Shown here in pieces: positions 13,848-26,351 of a stretch of 64,000 bases of DNA. The stretch's first letter is position 1. Each line of letters opens with the position of its first letter. The translations under genes were made by a program, and so were the position numbers. The notes beneath the pieces are model-generated. The model saw only the letters and a list, made by a program, of their open reading frames with translations, made no database searches and was not told where the DNA came from. Origin of the DNA: Octopus vulgaris (lineage: Eukaryota); assembly GCA_951406725.2 (NCBI GenBank), contig OX597814.1, positions 47,182,001 to 47,246,000 of the forward strand, given 5' to 3'.

Positions 13848-14392
13848 AGGCAGCGAGCTGGCAGAAAAATTAGCATGCCAGGCGAAATGCTTAGCAGTAT
13901 TTCGTCTGTCTTTACATTCTGAGTTCAAATTCTGCCAAGGTCGACTTTGCCTTTCATCCTTTTGAGGTCGATAAATTAAGTACCAGTTGCATACTGGGGT
14001 CGATCTAATCAACTGGCCCCCTCCTCAAACATTTCGGGCCTTGTGCCTAGAGTAGAAAAGAATATTAACAGTAACAATGAAGAAGGTATTACAGTGTTGA
14101 TGACAACAGTAACTGTAAAGGCAGTGGTACAACGTTAACCGTAACAGTAAGGACAGTGTTACTTATTTCTTTATTGCCCACAAGGAGCTAAACATAGAGG
14201 CAACAAACAAGGACAGACAAAGGGGTTAAGTCAATTACGTCGACCCCAGTGCATAACTGGTACTTAATTTATCGACCCCGAAAGGATGAAAGGCAAAGTC
14301 GTCCTCAGCAGAATTTTAACTCAGAATGTAACGGCAGACGAAATACCACTAAGCATTTTGCCCAGTGTGCTAACAAATCTGCCAGCTCACCG
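13848..14392. mobile_element. SINE family B (Nin-domain-like), tail-to-tail inverted pair 13848-14062(+) and 14165-14392(-). Other copies near 6985-7145, 25494-25685, 26067-26260, 33445-33660, 34770-34960, 45065-45265, 62683-62900
   Basis: Head ggcagcgagctggcagaa...ttagc with gagttcaaatt (B box) and the central block gtcgactttgcctttcatcctttcggggtcgataaattaagtaccag, resembling the Nin domain. Confidence 0.85.
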
Positions 14393-14781
14393 TGTTGTTA
14401 CTGTGTTAATGGTAACAGTAAAGAGAGTGTAGCAGTATTAATGGTAACAGTGACACAGTGTTAATGATAACAGAACAAGAAAAATATTAGAGTTTTAACA
14501 AACAGTTGACTAAAATAGAATATTGCTGGGTATAATATAAAGAAATCTAGAACAGTATTCACAGCTGAGTAATGGGAAGTGGAATAGTGTTAATAGTTTG
14601 GTAAAAATGTGATACAGTATTAACCTTTTAGCATTCAGGTTGCTCAGTCAAATGTAATGCTTGTTCATTCACATTGTTTTGAGTTAATCATGTATAATCT
14701 TGCAGTTCTATATTTAAGAGATGAGGAATTAGGTACATTATTTACATTTTGACGGATTTTGTCCTCATCTTGTTTGTTGTT

Positions 14782-14827
14782 AACACAACGTTTCAGCTGA
14801 TATACCCTGCAGCCTTCATCAGGTATC
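14782..14827 (-). ncRNA. Minimal type I hammerhead ribozyme motif (Penelope-like)
   Basis: Minus strand reads GATAC-CTGATGA-A-GGCTG-cagggtatat-CAGCT-GAAA-CG-TT-GTGTT. Stem I GATAC/GTGTT (two wobbles), stem II GGCTG/CAGCT, palindromic AACGTT in place of stem III. Activity untested. Confidence 0.65.
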
Positions 14828-15073
14828 TTGGGGAAATATCGAACCTGGGTTCACATTCCTAAAGTATCTTTCTATGTTGTTGTTGTTGTTATTATTATTA
14901 TTATTCAGGTCACTGCCTGGAATCGAACTCAGAATCTTGGGGTTAAGAACACAGGCTACAGACCCCAAGATTCCGAGTTCGATTCTAGGCAGTGACCTGA
15001 ATAATAATAATAAAATTATAATAACATTGAAAAATACCTTGGGAATGAAAACCCAGGTTCGATATTTCCCCAA

Positions 15074-15119
15074 GACACCTGATGAAGGTTGGAGGGTATA
15101 ACAGCTGAAACGCTGTGTT
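15074..15119 (+). ncRNA. Degenerate hammerhead motif (second arm)
   Basis: GACAC-CTGATGA-A-GGTTG-gagggtataa-CAGCT-GAAA-CG-CT-GTGTT. The U of the UH cleavage site is changed to C, so it is probably inactive. Confidence 0.55.
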
Positions 15120-15568
15120 AACAACAAACAAGATTGAGGTCAAAATCCGTCAAAATGTAAATAATGCATGATTTCAATAATGTGATTATTTTTTGATTGA
15201 CATTGTAAGGTAGGTGTGAGAGACCTGATCAGACTGGTTTGGACATAAAACAAGAATATTTTGGGTAGATGTGACTAGTTTACATGTTAAAAGGTTAAGG
15301 GTAGAGTAATAGTGAGACTTAATTGTTATGAAAGTGAACAAATACGCTCCGGCATGGCCACAGTCAAATGTCTGAAACAAGTAAAAGAATAAAAACCTAT
15401 ATGAACAATAGATGCAGGCTGGCTGTGAGATAAAAAGCTTGCTTCCCAACCACATGGCTCCAGGTTCAGTCCCACAGCATGGAAACTTGAGTAAGTGGCT
15501 TCTACTATAGTCTCAAGCTGACCAAAGCCTTGAGTGGATTTGATAGATGGAAACTGAAAGAAGCCTGT

Positions 15569-15609
<41 letters not shown>

Positions 15610-17079
15610 ATTTATGTGTGTGTATCTTTGTGTCTGTGTTTGCCCCCCACCCCACCATCACTTGACACCCAACTTAGCAGTTCAGCAAAAGATACCAATA
15701 GAACAAGCACTAGGCTTACAAAGAATAAATCCTGAGGGTGAATTTCTTCAACTAAAACCCTTAAAAGGGTGCAAAGGAATAAAAGAATAAATGAACAATA
15801 GGTGCAGGTATGGTTGTGTGGTAAGAAGTTTGCTTCCGAACCACACGATTCGGGGTTCAGTGCCACTGTGTGGCACCTTGGGCAAGTGTCTTTTACCATA
15901 GTCTCAGGCAGACCAAAGCCTTCTGAGTGAATTTAGTAGATGGAAACTAAAAGAAGATGGTTGTATATATATGTGTGTGTGTCTTTGTCCCTCTACCACC
16001 ACTTGACAACCAGTGCTGGTGTGTTCACATGAAACTTAGCAGTTCAGCAAAAAAAACTGATAGATTAAGTACCAGACTTTAAAAAAAAAAATACTGGGAT
16101 CAATACATTTCAACTAAAAATTGTTCAAGGCGATGCCCCTTGACTGAAACAAATAAAAGAGAAAAGACAAATGTGAAAGCTAAGTTACAGAAAATAGGAC
16201 AGTGTAATGAGTTTGGTTCAGAATATGCAACAGTGTAAACAGTGTGTGTGTAAAGAGGATTGATATTTGAGTATTGTGTAGGAGGAGACAGTGTCATCAA
16301 TTATGTGTAAAGAGGGAGCAATTAGGTTAACAATACAGCACTGAAAGCCTGGTTTTGATAAAGGTGTGGTAAAATTTGTGTGACAATAAAAGAATCGGGG
16401 CCAGCACAAAAGAATTATAAATGTAAAAGTTAACAGGAAAACTAACAATAATAGATAACAAATGGTCTAGTGGTAACTGTAGAGAAAAGAGAGCAGATTA
16501 GTGTTAAGGATTATTAAGAAAGGAACTGAATTTTTAATGCATTCAAAAAATGAGGTCGAATTTTGAGTATCATCATCCCATTCTAATATCTGTTTTCCAT
16601 ATTGACATGGGTTGGGCTTCTTTACAAGTGTTTGACAGTCAAGTGAATTAAACACACTCAATGAACTGAATTGATAAGCAATGTACCTAATTTCACTTCC
16701 ACTTCTAAATTCTTGCTAATAGCATTTAAACTTTGGTACTGAGAATTTCTTGAAAGCACACACATATTACTCATTAGTTGCAAGTCATTTATGATATAAA
16801 ACAGGATGTTTACATTTGTGGCTGCAACTCAAATGCAAAAATACAGCTACACAGATTTGTTACACACAGCTAGGACTTTAGGTGTATTGTAATTCATTTT
16901 CAATATAATTTCAGTATCATGTGTAAACAATTATGACAGTTCTTGTAATTCATTTTTTTAGGACATTATTCATTCTGCTTCTGTGCTTTCAATTTCAAAT
17001 GCTATTTATCAAATTAAAACATATTCAAAGTTACTGCAATAAACAAATTTTTCAGGATAGAGAAACAGCTGCAAAATGA

Positions 17080-17757
17080 GGGGCATTACAACTGACATTA
17101 TGATCAAGTCCTAAATACCAACAGCAAATATTTGCAGTTTGCAGTGGGATTAGCTATTGTAAGTAACTTCATCCAGCAAAGAAATGCATGGTTTTCATCA
17201 AAACTGTTGAGAAGCTAACATCAACTATTAGGACCACTTTCTCTGGCCTGCTAGCAGTAGCACAAAGCAGAGAGCTGGAAGCTGATCAACAGAAATAGCT
17301 GAAATTCCTGGAAATTGTTGCCTCAACATCACTAAACACAAACATGGTGCTGAACTGAGAAGTATCCAAATAGCTGATCATATTAGAGTTCGTCATTTCT
17401 ATAGGAGGGTTAGGAAGTCAGCAAAAAGGAGAGCAAAATATGCTGAGCTGATGGAATTATATGGAAACAAGTGGTGAGCAAGATATGATCACACTGAGAC
17501 AGAATGCAAGGGGTTCCCAGGCTAATCCCTTTGCAGAGCTTACAAACTGTTGGGCATTACAAGAGTAGAGAGCAGAAGGCCATCAAACCAGCCACCTTGG
17601 CTGTGAATCAAGAGAGGTGAACCACAGATAAGATAGTAATACATGGGCACTTAATCAACTACAGCTGGGTCGCCAGGGCAAGGCTAATTGTTGAAAAACC
17701 TGAAACACCCAATAACATCCCAGATAACATTACTGTTGATGTGTCCAGATGCATCAC
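17080..17757 (+). mobile_element. 3' remnant of a restriction-like-endonuclease non-LTR retrotransposon (HERO/NeSL-like)
   Basis: Broken reading GHYN*HYDQVL (cf. GRYxWRHDQVL), GLLAVAQSRELEAD..LKFLEIVASTSL, KRRAKYAEL, CKGFPG*SLCRAYKLLGIT, WL*IKRGEP, then a 3' UTR gctgggtcgcc...gaaacacccaat...gatgtgtcc that I recall from HERO elements. Confidence 0.72.
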
Positions 17758-18018
17758 ATAATATATGCAAAATTTTCGATATTTTTTCATTTTCCCTTGT
17801 TATTAGAGCAGAACTTTCCAAGACACAATAGCAGGGAAATGTAAAAAGATCTGAAGCAGGCAAAAGTGTGTTGATATCTCAGAATATTTCATTCTTCACA
17901 TGTCTGCCTACCAATTCAAATATTGTAATAAAGAGTCAATTTTTAACCATTTATAATTCACAGCACTACCTTTTCAAGCTTCTATGCCTCTACTAGGGTT
18001 GTTAAAATTTAGCAATTT

Positions 18019-18245
18019 TTAACCCTTTAGTATTTAAACCGGCCATATCCGGCCAAAATAGTTAATCTGTTTTATGTTCAAACTGACCAGATCCAGGCTC
18101 TCACACCTACCCTACAATGTTATTCTACATTAGGTAATTACACCATCAAGATCTTGAAGATATGAGATAATGCATGATTAATTCAAATCAATGGGAATCA
18201 ATAGGCATTATGTTTGATAGAATAATCTGAACACTAAAGGGTTAA
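18019..18245. mobile_element. piggyBac-like MITE (~228 bp). Other copies 28724-28952, 30272-30499 and 14620-15298 (interrupted)
   Basis: TTAA at both ends, termini TTAA-CCCTTTAG...CTAAAGGG-TTAA, and a shared internal block ctctcacacctaccctacaatg. Confidence 0.8.
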
Positions 18246-19183
18246 AAGCTTTTCTCTATTAACTCTATTAAATGAAGATTAGTTATTTTCTTTCTTTCTG
18301 ACCAAACATACAATTTAAAGACTGAAGAGAAGTAGTAAGAATTCACAAAAGTGTGAATTGCCAAAATAGAAACAACTGTGTGAGAAGGGAGCAGCAATAA
18401 ACCTTGAAAACATGTGCAGAAAGGGATCCCAGAAATCTTCCCTGCCAATCCAGAAAACAATTATTTATCAGGCTTTGTTTTGCCATTTCTGTTAAGAAAC
18501 TTTCAACCCAGTATCAAAAGGTAGTCTTTAAGAAATATTGAGACACACTGCTTAACTGTGTGGAGATTGAATAACCAGTACATACTAACCTTTAACAAGG
18601 GAGGTACTAACAAATAACATTTATAGATAAGTATCCAAACGAAATCTTTTGTATTTGGGTTTTCTTTTCAACATGTACCTTCAGTTGTTATATAGGTCTT
18701 GTTGTAACCACAAAGAAATGCCATTCAAGAGGTGGTAATTTATTTCAGACATTATGATCCTGGGTAATGTCACATATTTGCTTCTAGTTTATAATAGATA
18801 TATTAAATTGTGTGTATGTGTGTGTGCGAGCATGCATGCACAAGAGTGGGGAATGTACAATTTCAATATACTCTGGAATTTATTCATGTTAAAATCTTGC
18901 AATTTTCAAGCCTCTTGACATATTTTCAAAATTAAAACCTTTTACGAGTTCGAGTATGTTTTTGATGCTTTATATATGTGTATTTACGTGTGTGTGTGTG
19001 TAAGCAGTTGAAACCTTTATAAATTTACACACATTTCAACTTCAAATGTCACAAAACCCAATACAACAAAAAAAAAAAGAAATAAAAAGGATAAATACTG
19101 GCAAATTCAATTCACATTTCCACATTAAATGTCACAGCAACCATTGAAATAAATAAATAAATAAATAAATATACATACATACA

Positions 19184-19231
<48 letters not shown>

Positions 19232-19606
19232 TAAGCTATAATGATAGCCGATGTGGCACATGCCAATTCATACATACCGGTCAATATATAAACACAAAAA
19301 CCGGGAAAATATTCACAAACGCGAATACACACCCATATATATATATATCTATATATATATATATATATACTAGCAGAGATACCCGGCGTTGCTCAGGATT
19401 AACATGGCATATACTTTTTTTTATTGTTTTACTTGTTTCGGTTATGTGCATGCAGTCTTTAGTCGAAGAAATAGAACCCACCATTTATTGTAAGCCGAGG
19501 ACTTATTCTACCGGTGTGTTTTACCAAATGGCTAAGTTATGGGGATGCAAACACAGCAACATCAGTTGTCAAACAATGGTGGGGATACAAATACAGGCAC
19601 ACACAC

Positions 19607-19661
<55 letters not shown>

Positions 19662-20065
19662 CATACATGTATAGGCACAGGAGTGGCTGTGTGGTAAGTA
19701 GCTTGCTTACCAACCACATGGTTCCGGGTTCAGTCCCACTGCATGGCACCTTGGGCAAGTGTCTTCTACTATAGCCTTGGGCCAACCAAAGACTTGTGAG
19801 TGGATTTGGTAGACGGAAACTGAAAGAAGCCTGTCGTATATATATATATGTGTGTGTGTACATGTCTTGTGTCTGTGTTTGTCCCTCCAACATCGCTTGA
19901 CAACTGATGGTGTGTTTATGTCCAGCAAAAAAGACCAACAGAATAAGTACAAGGCTTACAAAGAATAAGTCCTGGGGTCAATTTGCTTGACTACAAGGCA
20001 GTGGTGCAGCATGGCTGCAGTCATATGACTGAAACAAAATAAAAGAATATATCCATACATATATA

Positions 20066-20186
<121 letters not shown>

Positions 20187-20245
20187 ATATCTCTTTTACT
20201 TGTTTCAGCCACGTGACTGTGATCATGCTGGAGCACCACCATGGT

Positions 20246-20720
20246 CTTTCTGATTTCCTCAGTTTGGGGTGTTTCATATCACCACTCCTGTATGTGCCTT
20301 TGTCCCAGCTGTTGGTCCATTTGGTGTATAAGAGAGCATGATTCCACTACCCTCTTCTGCACCTCATGTCAGACTGTTGGTTCATCCAATATTATGGAGA
20401 GGAGGATGTCTAGTTCCTTTTTGAAGACATCTACTTCCACCTTATGCAGATTTCTTAATTTTTGTGACAGGGCACTGAAGAGCTGTGGGCCTTTGAATCC
20501 TAGATTATTGCAGTACCTGGTCCTGAATTTAGATGGAATGGGTGGTACCTTTGGTACAATACAATGGTAGCCAGTTCTGGCAATAGTATAACACTTAGTG
20601 CTGAAGTTAGGTACTAGTCCTTCTAGGACTTTCTGTATGTATATAATTGCATATCTCTCATGCCAATGTTCACCAATACACTCTCCTAAGCTGCATGCTG
20701 TCTCTCTAAGAAGCGAACTC
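20246..20720 (-). mobile_element. CR1-group LINE 3' remnant
   Basis: ERYAIIYIQKVLEGLVPNF...GPQLFSALSQKLRNL...FKKELDILLSIILDEP. Confidence 0.8.
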
Positions 20721-23700
20721 AAAGAAGAGAAAGCTTCATCAGTACTCTAGCAACATGATCAAGCAGAACATAGAGGCTCAGTCAATAGCATGGAGATCAA
20801 AGTAGTATCAACACATAGAACTGACACAACACTTAGACAGATCACAGAGGCTATACACATAGCAATAGACAGACCAAACCTCAACAGAAAACATGAATGG
20901 ATCAATAACACCCACCACAACACCACACATGGTGACTAAAGACTGAAGGGAGAAAAAATATACAAACAGCATAATACACATACAATAGAAATATGCACAT
21001 ACCTATGATATATATGAAAAAAAAAAATACTGTATAAAGGGCATGGATACAAACAACATAGCAAGCAAACCCATATACATGAACAAATGCATACGGTAAC
21101 TTCACAGACAACCACAACAATATCAACAACATGACTAACAACAATGGCAACAACAACAACATCTACCACGATAGCAGCAGCGTGGGTGAAGACACACAGT
21201 GAATTACAAGAATAGTATAAAAAGTTGGCGTCAAGGGCAGCAGCAACAGCAATGGGGTACGGGACAGGAGTGAGGGGAGGGTCGTTATGCTACTAAGGAC
21301 AATGACACACACACACACATGCGCATATAAGGATACACATCATAGTACAGAATGGAATAAGCAGAGCAAGAGCACATACGAAGACAGAAAGTATTGCTGA
21401 GGAGATCACAGGTGTGCAACAAAAGATTTCTGGACACTGGACAGGAGTTAGAATCATCATCATCATCATCGTTTAACGTCCGTTTTCCGCGCAAGCACGG
21501 GTTGGACGGTTCGACCGGGGTCTGGGAAGCCAGGGGCTGCACCAGGCCCCAGTCTGATCTGGCAGTGTTTCTACAGCTGGATGCCCTTCCTAACGCCAAC
21601 CACTCCGCGAGTGTAGTGGGTGCTTTTTACGTGCCACCTGCACAGGAGCCAGGGGAGTCCGGCATCGGCCACGATGGGTTGGTGCTTTTAACGTGCCACC
21701 GGCACGGAAGCCAGCCAAGGCGGCGCTTGCATCGGCCCGTTTGGATGGTGCTTTTTATGTGCCACCGGCACAGAAGCCAGTCGAGGAGGCGCTGGCATCG
21801 GCCTAAGAACAGAAATAAATGAGTGAAGAACAAATATATAGTGCATGTGTTTATTTGGAAACAAAAAAAAATGACCATCCTGAAGTACAACAATATCTGT
21901 TTCAACACACAACTTCATGTAAGGAATCTTGCAACACAAATTCATAAACGTTTTTTCATAATGTTTATTGAAAACAAACAGCATTTTGTGTAAATATCAT
22001 CTATGCCTTTTTTGATAGGAAAGAGAAAAAGAAGTTATTGTCTAACCTCAGGTGAGCTCTCATTTAGCACTACTATGATCAAGGACATTACAGCCATGAC
22101 TACACAATATCCCATGTGTCTTTCCTTTTTAAGACAATAAAATGTTTTGGAGGAGATATGTCTGCTATCTCTAGTAGGTTGATAACCACATAGAGGCTCT
22201 CATTTGGCCTGAAGGGTTAGGGTCTTACCATTCACTCATCATTCTGGCTCTATACACCCACTACATACCCTACAAGTTACTAAGACTACTCTACTCTTTA
22301 CTCTTTTACTTGTTTCAGTCATTTGACTGTGGCCATGCTGGAGCACCACCTTTAGTCGAGCAAATCGACCCCAGGACTTATTCTGTTGGTCTCTTTTACA
22401 GAGACGTAAACACATCACCATCGGTTGTCAAGTGATGTTGGTGGGACAAACACAGACACACAAACATATACACACACATACATATATATATGCATATATA
22501 TGACAGGCTTCTTTCAGTTTCCGTCTACCAAATCCACTCACAAGGCTTTGGCCGGCCTGAGGCTATAGTAGAAGATACTTGCCCAAGGTGCCACACAGCG
22601 GGACTGAATCCAGAACTATGTGGTTCATAAGCAAGCTACTTACCACATAGCCACTCCTACGCCTACTTGAAACATATAATACATATCAAAAACAATAACA
22701 CTGGAAATTTCAAGAAGTGGGTAACAACGAAACAATGTTACCTTAGAAATGCTTTCACTCATAAGCAGCCCCTTAAACAATCCCAGTGCCTCTCCTTAGG
22801 GGTGGACAAGATGGTAACAGCTGTTTTAGCTGCTTTAGAGGAAAAAAAGCTTTCAAAATGATACATAATATTATAGGCATAGTATGGGATATGAGAGACA
22901 TTAAGCAAACTCTGTTTACTGATAATGTGAAATATTGATTACTAGTTTGTGCACAAGGCGACAAATTTACAAGGGAAGGGTCATCATCATCATTTAATGC
23001 CCATTCGCCACACTGGCATGGGCTGCACAGCTTCACAGGAGCTGACCAGTTGGAGAGCTGCTCAGGCTCCATTTTGTCTGTTTTGGTGTGGTTTCTACAG
23101 CTGGATGTCCTTCTTAATACTGACCACATTACAGAGTGTACAGGATGCTTTTAATGTGACACAGGCACAGGTACTTTTATGTGACACTGACATGGGAACT
23201 TTAATGTGGCACTGGCATGGGCGCTCTAATGTGGCACTGGTATGAGCACCTTTCGGCGACACCAGCAGGCATGGGTGCTTCTATGTAACACCAGCACAGG
23301 TACATTTCCATAGCACCAGCATGGGTGCTTTTACATGACACTAGCACCCATGAGCCTGCAAAAACTAAGCCCTCTCAGTTGAGAGAGGGTTGAATAGGAC
23401 ATGCCTGTATGTATGGACAGCCATGATTTTACTTAGTTTCACATGTCTTTTCAAGCACAGCAAACACCCAGAAGTTCTGGTCCCTTGTCATCTCTTCAGT
23501 GAGAAGATGACAAGGCCCTTTCTCACCAGTTTGTCCCGCATCTTCTAGGGTCTACCCCCTACAACATGTTCCCTATACAATTAGACATCAGCACTTCTTG
23601 ATGCAGCTGTCATCATAGTTAATTAAGTAGATCCAGAACTTGACTGGTACCCTTGTAAGGATGAACAGGAATGTCGATTCCCGCAGAAAGAGGGATCCAA

Positions 23701-26273
23701 CTAATTACTAAAATGTAATTTGTATATCTCTGTAATGATTCATCATCATCATCATTTAACGTCTGCTTTCCATGCTAGCATGGGTTGGACGGTTCAACTG
23801 GGGTCTGGGAAGCCAGAAGGCTGCACCAGGCCCAGTCTGATCTGGCAGTGTTTCTACAGCTGGATGCCCTTCCTAACGTCAACCACTCCGTGAGTGTAGT
23901 GGGTGCTTTTTATGTGCCAGACGAGGTTGGCAAATGGTCACGATCGGATGGTGCTTTTTACATGCCACCGGCATGGAGACCAGATGAAACTGGCAACGGC
24001 CACGATCAGATGGTGCTTTTTACGTGTCACGTTCAGATGGTTCTCTTACGTGCCACCAGCACTGGTATCACAGCTACAAATTCCATTGATGTTGATCTGA
24101 TAATTAAATTAACAGAAGAAATCACATCTACCTCAAGGATAGAGTCAACTGTTGATAAGTCCTAAATGGAACAGCCCTGTTATCACTTAGCTGGTACAGC
24201 ACTGTGATCACTAGGCTGATTCTGTAGCTATAGAATATATAGAATTGAGAAGAACAATCCATTGTTGAAAGCAGTAGGAATATCAAGTACTCATATGATG
24301 AGTTTCTCTCCTTCCATAATCAAGCTTCCTTTTTTGGTGAGGCTCTCTCCAGATACCTTGTTTGTTTGAAATTTCGAAAACAATGACAAGATCCAATTGT
24401 ATACTACTACTCAATACAGAAATGTGGTAGCTTGACCTTCTAGTAAAAACAACAAAAAATCGCCTTAAATCATGTCCCACAATCAATAGAACAGGTTGAA
24501 TAATGTAGTTCTAAATATACAAATGACGTGATGACAACATTTACTGAAGAACACAAAAGGGAATAATATATATATATATATATACACATACATACAAATA
24601 ATGGGACAGTCACGGATGAAATGTCTTTGATTGTAGGTCTGCCTATTCAGGACTGATTTGGGGCTAAACAGCTATAACATTTAGATGTGTCTATGGAGTG
24701 TCATTATGTCAATATAATACATGCACTGGTTTAAACCAAATACGAAAATGAACATTATACAAAAGGCTGTGACTAAGCTAAAAAAAATTCTGAATTGGTG
24801 CAGATCTCTTCTTTACATAATAGAAAAGGCAGATATTACCTAAGCTATTTCTCAACAATACAAAAAGTATTTTAATGCAATGAATTAGTCATAATCCTCC
24901 AAACAAGTGTTATCAGATATGAAATGAACCATAAAAATATGAACACAGAGAAATTGACTGAAATGAGATTTTGTGAAAATTTAATTTTCAAATGACGTAC
25001 TATTTTATACACATATATGATAGGAGATAGGGTTTGTTTGTTTTTTTAAGGATTATCACCATGTTTTAGTCATTAGTGTTTTTAGTATTAACTTGGTGAA
25101 TAAAACCTACATTATTCATCATCATCAATGTCTGTTTTCCATATCTGACATAGGTTAGACAGTTTGACTGAAAGTGGTAAGCCAGAGAGTTGTACCAGGC
25201 TCCAGTTGGTTTGGCTTGGTTTCTACAGCTGGATGCCCTTCCTAATACCAACTACTCCAAGAGTATGGGGGGGTACATTTTATGTGTCACTGGCACTGGC
25301 CACGACTACAATTTCACTTGGCTTGACATGTCTTTTCAAGCACAGCAAATTGCCAAAAGGTCTCAATCACTTGTCATCACCTCTGTGAGACTCAACATCC
25401 AAAGATCATGCTTCACCACCTCATCTTGTGTCTTCCTGAGTCTACCTTGTCCACAGGATCCCTCCACAGTTAGAGATTATTGTTTCATTATTAAAGCAGT
25501 GAAATGGCAGAATTGTTAGCAAACTGCACAAAATGCTATGCAGCATTCCTTTCAGTTCTTTACATTCTGAGTTTAAATCCCACCCAGGTCAACTTTGCCT
25601 TTCCTCCTTTCAGGGTCTATAAAACAAGTACCAGTCAAGTACTGGGGTTGATGTAATTGACTTGCTCCCTCCTACTAAATTTTCTTTTTTTATTTTTTAT
25701 TTTTTACTTGTTTCAGTCATTTGACTGCGGCCATGCTGGAGCACCGCCTTTAGTCGAGCAGATCGACTGCTAAGTGACAGGGACATAAACACACCAGCAT
25801 CGGTTGTCAAGCAATGCTAGGGGACAAACACAGACACACAAACACACACATATATATACATATATACGACAGGCTTCTTCCAGTTTCCGTCTACCAAATC
25901 CACTCACAAGGCATTGGTCGGCCCGGGGCTATAGCAGAAGACACTTGCCCAAGATGCCACGCAGTGGGACTGAACCCGGAACCATGTGGTTGGTAAGCAA
26001 GCTACTTACCACACAGCCACTCCTGGGCCAAATTGCTCACTTTGTGCCAAACTTTGAAACCATTTATAAGGTGGTGAACTGAGAAAATTGTTAGCACACG
26101 GGACAAAATGCTCGGTGGCATTTTTTATAGTTCTTTTCATTCTGATTTCAAAAACCACTTCCAGAGTTGATAAAATAAGGACCAGTTGAGCACTGGGATC
26201 AATGTAACTGACTTTCCCCATCCCCCAAAATTTCAGGCCATGTGCTTAGAGTAGAACAAAAATTATTACTTAC

Positions 26274-26351
26274 TTATAATAATAATTTCTATAGGGAGCT
26301 TGTAATACCCAGCCAGACTGCTTTCGAGATAACCCCATAAAATCCAATGTC
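26274..26351 (-). CDS. MRPL18: MRPL18 coding exon 3
   Basis: Acceptor aattgcag|, donor AA|gtaagt, 78 nt, phase 2-2. Encodes TLDFMGLSRKQSGWVLQAPYRNYYYK, aligning with human [26 protein letters not shown]. Confidence 0.92.

Larger units (their letters stand above)
14736..15166. mobile_element. Palindromic element: inverted dimer of a tRNA-like head + (AAT)n + Penelope-type hammerhead tail
   Basis: Arms 14736-14943 and 14962-15166 are near reverse complements around an 18-nt loop. B-box-like GAGTTCGATTC near 14976. CTGATGA...GAAACG motif in each arm. Inserted inside a TTAA MITE. Confidence 0.85.

Noticed and set aside
14941-15000. tRNA gene candidate
   Set aside because: Only a partial A box and a B-box-like segment with no complete cloverleaf; it is the head of the palindromic element.
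21610-21803. CRISPR-like pattern of a palindromic ~25-bp repeat with ~35-bp spacers
   Set aside because: The linkers resemble each other, the array is part of a dispersed retroelement tail present many times, the context is a eukaryotic intron, and there are no cas genes.
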